The notes beneath the pieces are model-generated. The model had not been told where the DNA came from. It searched no databases and saw nothing but the letters and a program-made list of their open reading frames with translations. Positions 54,565-64,000 of a stretch of 64,000 nt of DNA are shown piece by piece. Every line of letters starts with the position of its first letter. The first letter of the stretch is position 1. A program made the translations under genes and the position numbers. Source of the DNA: Gnetum montanum (Eukaryota > Plantae > Gnetophyta); contig MNCI01001197.1 in NCBI GenBank assembly GCA_015680685.1, positions 356,056 through 420,055 of the forward strand. The letters are read 5' to 3'.

Positions 54565-57010
54565 ATGGCACCCAAGAGAGGACCGCAAGAAGGAGGGCCA
54601 TTATAGCCTAGAAAAAATTGACCATAAGGAATAAGGGATCAATAATAATAACAATCCCAAGAGTAAGGAGTCGAAGCTACTCATGCTAGGAAGCTACTCA
54701 TGCCTGATAGATTCCTATAGTGAAACTAGGCCAATCCAAGTAGTATGAAGTTCCAAGGCCAAGATTTAATCTATATATAATACTTACATAAGCTTGTCTA
54801 GAGAAGGTTAGAACCAAAAAAAATTCAAAGCTCCATCCTATAGGAGTTGAACTTCATACCATTCATGAAGCTTGCATCAGAAGAGGTTCGAACACAACTA
54901 CAAGCATCTTCTCTATGGTCCATCCTTTTCATCAATGGGGAATAGTACATGGAAGAGATGTACCTCTTCTAGAATAACCAACAAGAAGATGTACCTATAA
55001 AGATCAAACACATTAGCATCTCCTACTTGGTTGAGGTAATAATATAGATCCTCAAAATTCCAAACACTAGGATAAAGCTGGTAGAAATATCAATGTAGAT
55101 GGACCTTGAGGCAAAGAAAGAATGGGTTTAGTGGTGATATGGAGTGGGCCATAATAATTACAATTTCTTAATCAACTTGTAGAAAGCCTACTTCAAGATT
55201 ACAGCCTATCATCTTAATCCAATGGTGAGGCCAAGCAAGATAAGTGTCTTCTCCACTAGGGCATATGCAACTATAAGTGGAAAATTCCTAATCAACCTAT
55301 CACAACTCATCTTTCTTAAAATAAAGAAGCATTTCAAGGAAAAAAAAAGGGTAAAATGACACTCCCCTTTCCATACTTAATCAAAAAACTCTACAAAAGC
55401 ACAGGAACAGCCCTATACTTCAATGACGTGATCCCCTAAGCCCCTATCACATCATGGTAAACAATGATGAAAGATAAGGCTACTGCCAAGCTTCAGGAAG
55501 AGTAGTAACCCCCATCACCATCTCTTGTAGCATTGGAGATAATACCTAAAATGTTGGTAGCTACTAAGCACTTAAAGAAACTTAGAAAGAAGCTACTGCA
55601 AGAACAATAAGCCTTTGGAGGTGTGGAGACTCTTTCATGTACCATCTAGCCATGAGCCATCGAAATAAGATCATAAGGATCATCAACTAACTAGATAGCG
55701 AGACTACACCACTATTCTCATTGTAGAGGAACCAAACACTTGTTCACTCTAATCATGGTGCCAAATAGGTCACTATATTCATACCAAGATAAGAATTTCT
55801 AGAAATATCTAGAAATGTAGTAGCCTTTTCTATAATGCTAGAGGAGGGTGAGGAAGCAACAATCCTAGTTATGCCATTAGAGGGCCAAGAGATAGTAGCA
55901 GAGGAGAAGCTCTAGATGCTTCTAATGCATCTATACCTAATATTGTTGTCATGGAAGATGTGCAAGAATCAGCAAGAGTAGGAAATATAAGGATAAGAAC
56001 TATCTAGCACAAGGAAGTACTACAATGATTGGTGAGAGTTAGGTGACTAATTCTAGAGATCTTTGATCTCCAAAAATACATATTAGCCACCTAGTCCTAG
56101 TTGTTGAAAACAAAGAGTAAGCTACTAATTGTAAATATGCAAATTGAGAAGGCCACTACTAACAATCAATGGTTGGCTGTTGAGGTTGTAGAACTTAGAG
56201 TCCATTTGTCTAATCTTGTCATTCTTAGGCTAGAACTCACTAGGCATGAATATTTTTAATAGCTTTAACAAAAAGAGGTTGAGAATGACAAAGAAATGAC
56301 AATTTTTAAGACATTAATATCAGAAGCAATGATAAATAACATTGAATATGCTAACTCACACTAACTATAATCTAAAAAATATTGAGTAATAGAAGGACCA
56401 ATTGATCGAATATATTCACTAGCTGCAAGAGCATCTTGCCAAGGTAAACTTGGACATGAGAAAATTTGATACCAAAAGCATAAATCTCTCAATGGAGAAG
56501 GTTTGTGCGCTTTGCCAGAAGACTGAAATTGAGGTTGCCACCTAGAAGAACAACACCCTAAAGTTTAAATAAGTTAAAAATCATTACAGGGACTAGGTCA
56601 AGATGCTTAAGGAAATCAATGAGAAAGAAATCAAGTTAGTAAAGGCAAAGGTAAAGGAAGTCCTCCAACAAAGAGGTAATGTATGGCAACCCATATTTGA
56701 TGATCTCAATGCCTACAGTCAAGAAAAGATCCATCTAAAGGAGATATAAATTAAGGAGATGATGAAATATATGGAACTAGCCAATCTATAATATGCTAAC
56801 TTGACAATGTTAACAATGGAAAGGCCTAGAACATAGTTAGAAAAATAAGTGTCCAACTCCTACCTTATATATGAGGTGGAGTTCAAGCTTCATAAAGAGA
56901 TAAAAAAAAGTTAAAAGTAGCCAATGTGAAGATTGAAGTTCTCAAAATAAAATTCATGAATCAATGATTTGTTGCTTAGAACCTAGCTAGAAAAATAAAT
57001 AACTACTATG
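54565..57010 (+). pseudogene. Decayed Athila 3' extra ('env-like') ORF of copy 2
   Basis: MAPKRGPQEGG start; homologous to 10877-13391; coiled-coil-like, K/E-rich 3' half. Confidence 0.65.
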
Positions 57011-57229
57011 AGCTATAGAACCTTGTCATAATGTTCAATGTTAAATGTAAATAATTCATCATCTTGTTTATTAAAATGAAGGAAATGTTTTCTTCACTAC
57101 CATGCCCATGGAATATTCCAATGCAAGCTCATCTAGGCAAAGAGTCTTGAACCATCTATGACCCATGAAGAAAGAGGAGAAGATGAAGGCACTCCTAGAT
57201 GCCTTCTAATTTTTGGTAGCAATAGCAAA

Positions 57230-57312
57230 ATAGTCAAGACCTCTAGCAGCACTAGAATAGCCAAAACCTCTAGCAGCACTAGGATAGCCAAGACCTCTAG
57301 CAACACTAGGAT
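57230..57312 (+). repeat. 27-bp tandem repeat, three copies (atagccaagacctctagcagcactag[a/g])
   Basis: Directly visible. Reads roughly (KTSSSTRIA)3 in ORF 57158-57364. Confidence 0.85.
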
Positions 57313-57658
57313 GTGTGAAGGACCCTCAACATCACAACAGGCTCCAACTCTAGGAACTATGTGAATACTTCAACCTACTTCCATCCATTTAATAAGCATA
57401 TAAAAATTTTATTAAAATCTCCAATTTTATTATAATTTGCACCAAATTCTGTAGTCCATATAATATGACACTCAGAGTCAATTAGTTAGTTAGTTCATAA
57501 AGTTCCATACTTTTCCAAATTTTGTAAGAAACTCAATCTCATTTTTGTTTACTTGAGAGTAAGTTTTCAATCAGTTTTGGTGGTATGATGAAACATCAAT
57601 AAAGTGACTATGTCGATGTATGTCCATTGATGAAGTCCTATTGATACATCCTCGTCCA

Positions 57659-59047
57659 TGAAACACCGTGAAAATTACGGGTCGGCCTCAGGCGAAGATT
57701 CGTGGTTTTTGAGCAGGAGCGCGCAAGTCAAAATTGTCTAAGGACAAGTTTACGCTCTATCACGCACGGCAGCGTGATGAGCGTAATAAGCTCCAAGGCC
57801 GTTAAACAAAATCCATAGAAACACGACGGGTTGGCATTTGTTCTTGCAACGCTCAACTGATCTTTACGCACATTACGCAATGGTGCGTGCTTGTGCGTAG
57901 GTCAGAATGCAATAACGCGCGCGTTACGCTTCGTCACGCACAGCTGCGTGATGAGCGTACAATAATCTTAAGCGTGTTGCTGCTACGCCAAAGTTGCGCT
58001 CATACACGCAACACAACGCGAATGAGCGCAAACGCAGCCGAAACATGTCTATCATGAGCCTGCTCTTTACACGCACAGCACGCGAACAAGCATGTTATGC
58101 GTAGTCGCAGTTCGACTTAAAAGAATCACATCAGCGAAACCCGTGGTGTTCGGGCCCACATCATCAGAGTTTCATGTATCGCGGCTTACAAATACCCCGG
58201 TTGACGAATGTATCAAAAGGGGGGAGAGGAGAGCAAAAAGACGGACAGACAGACAAAGAAGGGACGAAAGGACAAAAGCAACAACAGAGCAAACCAGAGC
58301 ACCGGAGGACTTCTGGCATTTGTTGGCAGCGGATCAAGAGGACAAGAGCATTTTCGCTGAGCAAGGATACAGTTATTACCTTGAACAGAGAAACAAGAGC
58401 AACCTCCTGACGACCGCCGCAAGCCCAAGCCCGAACAACAGATCCACTCGAAGCAAAGAAGCAGAACAGGAAACGCGGAGGCGTCTTGCCCAGTTAGCAG
58501 GTCCTGTCGTTCAAAAGATCGATAGACTTCAGAGCTTGACCATTTCCGCGCCTAAGCTTTGGCCTACGAGGTAGATCGGATTTCTGTTCAGACAGTTTTC
58601 TTGTTGTTTTGTGCTCAACTTCTATTCAGTTATTGGGGAGTCATCTCCCATTGTAACGTAATACACACGCAAACATTTACCAGATCCAGCATTGAGACAT
58701 AGATCTTTGATCTTTGCAACCTGCCACTCCGTTTTCTCTCCTGAATCAGCGTCTTCCCGGTCTTCTTTGTTCTTTGCTTTTAACGTTATCTTCGCAGCGA
58801 TCTGTTTACATCGTTATCTCGCTCCGTTTTACGGTCTCTCGCATCAAAATCACGACGCATGCACGAAAGTTCGTAATCGAATCGTCATCGCTTTTACTGA
58901 CCCGTAAGTCCCTGTCTGATCGACAAGACCGTTCAGGGCACCGCGGATTCGTTTTTCCAGCTTAGCCCTCGCGCGGATCCGTGGTTAAGGCTGTGTACAC
59001 GGAACTTCGGTCGGTATTTCCAGCTGCCGACGTTTTCCGTCGTTACA
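57659..59047 (+). repeat. 5' LTR (~1.39 kb)
   Basis: TG start at the compositional break and CA end 6 nt before the PBS. The partner LTR is not in the window. Predicted TSD is GTCCA. Confidence 0.72.
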
Positions 59048-59053
59048 GTTTTC

Positions 59054-59070
59054 TGGCGCTAGAAGGAGGG
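59054..59070 (+). promoter_or_regulatory. PBS TGGCGCTAGAAGGAGGG (complementary to the plant tRNA-Asn 3' end)
   Basis: The reverse complement is CCCTCCTTCTAGCG+CCA, a PBS type known in Tat-lineage elements. Confidence 0.8.
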
Positions 59071-59284
59071 CCTGAAGCTCCGATCCGAATATTTCGGGTA
59101 ACCCTGTTTGAGATCTATACCCTAGGCCATAGACGTAATACCTCCACGGAGGTCTAAGGTCACTAGTGTGGTGTAGATCGGTCGCCAAGACGATTTCTTT
59201 GAAATCCGGCAGGGTAGAAAGCCTTTTGTGTTGTTCGCCAACCCCTCTTTATTCAGATCCGACTTTCAGCCTTATCGTTGATCC

Positions 59285-62200
59285 ATGGATTCCTACCATT
59301 CAAACACAACAGCCACAACCGCCATGGTTACCGTAGACCCGGGCGTTGCACCCGTGAACCCGACGGTGGCCATGGGGGCGGCAACAGGTACTACCGGTCC
59401 TCAGGGACCCCTGCGCCGTTCATTGAGGCGTCAGGGGAAAGATCCCATATTCACGGTCATAACCCCTGAGGACTACAACTTTATCTGCGTCAAGATTCAG
59501 GCGAGCTTGGCTCTCAGCCGAGCCGAGCTTGAGGCAAAGCGCAATTTCGAGTTGCTTCACCGAGGGGGTTATGATTTTAAGCCCACGGTTTACGATATAA
59601 TCCCCTTAACCGAGCACCATAACGAGCTCATCTCTCAATTGATCATGGCCAGAGGCCAGGCTGCCCAACCTGTGGCGGAACCCCAGCGGGAGGAAGACGC
59701 GGAGGATGAATTCGCGGCCATGTCGGAGAATTCATTCCATACTTTGCCCCCCCACACACAAGAAGACCCGTTGTTTCCTTTTGACGGAGAGGCAGCCTCT
59801 CTTAACCCAGCTGCAACCACGCAGGCACAACTTTCTGGCTTCCCGCTAGCCCAGACACAGCTGTCTGAGTGGCAAACACAACCACTGCGCCATGATGCAG
59901 GGGCGGGCCCGTCCCAACACGTACTCGGCATCCCAGCGGGGGTTTCGGTGACCACTGCGCCTCAGTCCATCCCTCAGGTTCAGGCTCACACTGTACCGAT
60001 GACTCGCCCGGCGCAAAGGTTGCTGCCCCCACCAATGCAGCAACATACTTTGACCATGCCACAGCCACCCTTTCACCATTACCCTGCGACAAGTCAATGG
60101 ACTGACCCTGCTGTGCAACAATATCCGTCTGCCCTTTACGATCCCCGACCCCCGCCGACACCAGCGGCGCAATTCTCACAGGTGCTCCCTCGTTATACTT
60201 ATCACTACGGCCCGCAGCAGGCGATCGTTAACCCCGCGACACAAGTCAGTGGGTGGAGGCATTCACAGGTTTCACAGCCTGCAGGGATCCCTGCTCTACC
60301 AGCGGGTAACCAACCACTTCCTGCGCTTCAGTTCCCTAGAGCTGTTCATCCAACCCAACCTCCTCCGCCCATGCCTGCTGCACAGCCGCCTCCTGCAACA
60401 GGTCTGGATCAAGCGTTCCAGCTTATCCAGACGCTTACCGAAGAGGTGCGACGCCTCAAGACTGCTGGATCTGACACTATTCAGATTACGGACTTCTACC
60501 AAGATGATCCAATTAATCCAGCGGTCCCCGCCCTGTCGTTGCCTCCAGGGATGTCTCTCCCACATTTCACGAAATATAATGGGGAAGGGGATCCCAACAC
60601 GCATTTAGCCACCTTTAGATCCGAATCCCTGTTGCTGCAACAGTGGCCACATACTTTGGTCCGGGTCTTCGCGATGTCGTTAACCGGGAAGGCTTTGGAC
60701 TGGTATCGAGCTCTCCCACGCTCCTCCATTTCAACCTTGGAGGAGCTCCTGACCCAATTTGTGACCCGCTTCAGATACAACATGAAGCCGGAAGTCACGT
60801 TGGAGCAGCTTATGGGGGTGAGGCAAGAGCCGCTCGAACCAGTCCAAAAATTCATACAGCGTTGGAATGCCACCTTGAATGAAATTCGTGACCCGATCGC
60901 GAATTCCCACCTGTTGGCTATATTCAAGGGAGCAGTCAATGACTTCATTAAGTCAAAGCTGTATTATCTTTCCCCCGGAGACATACGCCAGGCCTTTGCT
61001 CAGGTCCGGAGCATCCAAGATGCTGCGGAAGCTAGCAAAGATCCGGCGTACATCGCCTATAAGAACACGCATAGCAAGGCTAAGGACAAGGGCAAAGCAG
61101 CGACCACTACTGTAGCGGCATTGGCTGAGAGTGCCAAGAGCAAGAACAAGGCCGCTCCTGCAACACGACCCCCTGAGGCCGCGGCTGGTGCTACCACTAG
61201 TCAAGCCACGGCTGCCCCTGGACAAACGCCCCAGCCAAAGCCGAATTTTGAGCGTAAGGACCGTTCAAAATACGCGGCTCTGCCCATGAAACACTCTGAA
61301 CTGCTGAAACAGCTGTTAGCAGCCGGACACATTCAACCTAAGAAGGTGTCCGAGGAGGCCCTAAAGCGTCACAGACGCAATTGCGAATTGCTGAAGGACC
61401 CCTCTCTTGCTCTGCCTAACGAGCCAGCGGTTCCGAGATCTTTCAAGCTGGACCGTTTCTGTGACTACCACCAGATGTGTGGTCACGACACGGATTACTG
61501 CTGGGCGCTGAAGGATGACATTCAGCGCATGATCGACGAGGGTCATCTGAAACTAGACAGCAGTAACCCAACACGTCCAGAAAACCAAACATTACAGGTG
61601 TACAAGGATCCGCTAAATACAAATTACGATCCTTATACGATCAATGTGGTGAGTACGGACAGTGAGCGTAAAGGGCCGCCAAAGCAGCCTTTTGTTTTGC
61701 GTGTGCCCACTAGCTCACAAAGTGGGGCAGCTCTTTCTTCGGCAGCAGGTGGGGTCTCACGGCCGCCGTTCATAATACGGGCGCCTTCTCAGGCACGGCC
61801 TCCGTCACACGCTACTACCCAAGCCGCAGCTTCGTCTGCGCCCACACCAAGAGCGCCCTTTATCATTAGGGTGCCCCAGCCACAGGTTGCTCCTCTTGCG
61901 CAGGGGCAAACCTCCAAACAGAACCAGCAAGCGTCATCTCCTAAGCGGAAGGAGAAAACAATGCAGCCTAACGCAAACAAAGATAGTTCTACGCTCGGCT
62001 TCCCGAAGCCTAGGCCCCTGGCCTCTGTGCCCATGGTCATGCCCCAGAAGCATGTCACAGGTGCAGGAATGCAGTTACCTTCTTCTGGTAGGGAGACAAA
62101 TAACCCCTCTTCTGACACCGCCCAGCCTCGAGAGATCCGTCTCTTGGGCCGGATGGAGGAAAGTAAGGGGGATAAGCCAGCCTGCCGGGAGAAGGATCTC

Positions 62201-62727
62201 CTCGACGCGTTCACGCAGGTTAAACAAGCTCTCAAGCAGAAAAACACGACGCTGAGCTTGTATGACCTCTTGATGACTTCTCATGAACACCGCGAGGCTA
62301 TGGTACGCATGTTGACGTCCATATCAGTGGATGCCAGCCTGCCAGCGGAAGAGGAAGCGATACACGCTATCATGTTTCCTTCTGCGGCTGAAGAAACCAA
62401 GCCCACCTCATTGACCTTTCTGGACGAGTCTGTTAAAGATGATCCAGAGAAAGGTCAAGTGACAACGGAGCCAATGTTCATCACCATTCGGGTCGGCCAA
62501 TACCGGATCCGGAGGGTGCATGTGGATGATGGCGCGGCTGCTAATGTCGTTCCCTATTCCATCGTGGATAGGTTGGGTTTGGTCGACCAGATCACTCCCA
62601 CGACGACTGCCTGCGTAAAATCCTTTAATGGAGCACGGGTCCAAGTCAAGGGGACGGTGCGTATTGAGTTTGTGGCAGGAAATCAATTCCCCACGGAAGC
62701 CACATTTTTAGTTGTCGAGGAGATGCC
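59285..62727 (+). CDS. gag: Intact Gag-protease polyprotein (more than 1140 aa up to the gap)
   Basis: Pro/Gln-rich N-terminus; Retrotrans_gag motif (FTKYNGEGDPNTHL..FAMSLTGKALDWY); Tat/Ogre-type knuckle CDYHQMCGHDTDYC; SLYDLLMTSHEHREAM; protease RVHVDDGAAANV. Confidence 0.93.
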
Positions 62728-63742
62728 NNNNNNNNNNNNNNNNNNNNNNNNNNNNNNNNNNNNNNNNNNNNNNNNNNNNNNNNNNNNNNNNNNNNNNNNN
62801 NNNNNNNNNNNNNNNNNNNNNNNNNNNNNNNNNNNNNNNNNNNNNNNNNNNNNNNNNNNNNNNNNNNNNNNNNNNNNNNNNNNNNNNNNNNNNNNNNNNN
62901 NNNNNNNNNNNNNNNNNNNNNNNNNNNNNNNNNNNNNNNNNNNNNNNNNNNNNNNNNNNNNNNNNNNNNNNNNNNNNNNNNNNNNNNNNNNNNNNNNNNN
63001 NNNNNNNNNNNNNNNNNNNNNNNNNNNNNNNNNNNNNNNNNNNNNNNNNNNNNNNNNNNNNNNNNNNNNNNNNNNNNNNNNNNNNNNNNNNNNNNNNNNN
63101 NNNNNNNNNNNNNNNNNNNNNNNNNNNNNNNNNNNNNNNNNNNNNNNNNNNNNNNNNNNNNNNNNNNNNNNNNNNNNNNNNNNNNNNNNNNNNNNNNNNN
63201 NNNNNNNNNNNNNNNNNNNNNNNNNNNNNNNNNNNNNNNNNNNNNNNNNNNNNNNNNNNNNNNNNNNNNNNNNNNNNNNNNNNNNNNNNNNNNNNNNNNN
63301 NNNNNNNNNNNNNNNNNNNNNNNNNNNNNNNNNNNNNNNNNNNNNNNNNNNNNNNNNNNNNNNNNNNNNNNNNNNNNNNNNNNNNNNNNNNNNNNNNNNN
63401 NNNNNNNNNNNNNNNNNNNNNNNNNNNNNNNNNNNNNNNNNNNNNNNNNNNNNNNNNNNNNNNNNNNNNNNNNNNNNNNNNNNNNNNNNNNNNNNNNNNN
63501 NNNNNNNNNNNNNNCCTCAAACTAGCTCACTTTACGCTTTACGCATTGGCCCGCAATGGCCTTAAACTAGTAGCTATTTTACGCATTACGCATTGTTTCG
63601 TAATCTATTCACGCTTGTGGCCCGCAACGGCCTTAAACTAAAAACAAGACACCAGATATGACAGATAGCTGATAATCAGTCAATTTATAATCTCTTAAAA
63701 CTTTCAAAAAAATCGTTCTTGACGCAATGATGGAAAACAAAA

Positions 63743-64000
63743 TCACGCGCGACCCATACTGCCACTATCTCCCGTATCTTTCAACTCCAACTCTAAACCC
63801 ATGAGGTCGTCCTCCAAAAGGTCGTCGTCTCTGGGAGGCATCCCTTCTGGGAAAATTGTCTCTTCACGAGACTCTCCTTCTAACGCTGGCCCCTCTGGAG
63901 GACGCTCTCCGTCACGTTCGCGTTCCGCCTCTACTCCCATAGTTTCCTCCTCTAACCCCTCAGTGGGCAGGCATTCTCTCCCTTCTGCCATCTGAAACAG
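63743..64000 (-). CDS. Probable acidic C-terminus of an antisense 3' accessory ORF entering from beyond the window
   Basis: The frame is open to the window edge (LFQMAEG...) and D/E-rich. Antisense ORFs downstream of pol are known in Tat/Retand elements. Confidence 0.5.
   Translation of the reverse strand: MFQMAEGRECLPTEGLEEETMGVEAERERDGERPPEGPALEGESREETIFPEGMPPRDDDLLEDDLMGLELELKDTGDSGSMGRA

Larger units (their letters stand above)
42586..57658 (+). mobile_element. Decayed, formerly autonomous Athila-like element, copy 2
   Basis: 5' LTR at 42586-43410, decayed PBS ttggcattgttattggaga (43411-43429), gag, pol, extra ORF, decayed PPT (~57571-57585), and a 3' LTR start tgatgaaacatcaataa at 57586 that matches 42586. 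Confidence 0.88.
57659..64000 (+). mobile_element. Young GC-rich Tat/Ogre-like Ty3/gypsy element inserted in the 3' LTR of copy 2; it runs off the window
   Basis: Abrupt switch to CpG-rich DNA at TGAAACACC, then an LTR-like block ending cgttaCA, a PBS and an uninterrupted gag-protease ORF. Confidence 0.88.

Noticed and set aside
58092-58574. 160-aa ORF upstream of gag, considered as a possible Ogre ORF1
   Set aside because: It lies inside the inferred LTR, upstream of the PBS, in GC-rich DNA with overlapping ORFs in several frames and no recognisable motif.
59635-62686. Multiple minus-strand and alternative-frame ORFs
   Set aside because: Shadow ORFs of the GC-rich gag gene.

Overview
Gene-free, repeat-saturated eukaryotic heterochromatin, most likely from a land plant. 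It consists almost entirely of nested LTR retrotransposons of different ages, with three assembly gaps (17684-18092, 19080-19750, 62728-63514). From left to right: (1) a decayed + strand Athila-like Ty3/gypsy (1-13391) interrupted by a TSD-flanked gag-only Copia/Sirevirus-like element (4275-9755); (2) a decayed CRM-like chromovirus (from 13392) whose gag holds an old solo LTR (14946-23273), which itself holds a younger pol-less Athila-family element (15391-22866); (3) decayed minus-strand gypsy elements and Copia solo or partial LTRs (26127-42113); (4) a second + strand Athila-like copy (42586-57658); (5) a young GC-rich Tat/Ogre-like element from 57659 to the window end. Two observations stand out. 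First, a 2.95-kb LTR element (48412-51363), inserted in the Athila integrase, has no gag or pol. Its internal region is one intronless ~440-codon reading frame for a CCR4/nocturnin/PDE12-type EEP deadenylase, now broken by stop codons but not by frameshifts. Second, the Athila-family LTRs carry 1-4 tandem copies of a structured RNA module with compensatory base-pair changes that favours the element's sense strand. All family assignments come from motif recognition by eye, with no database search.
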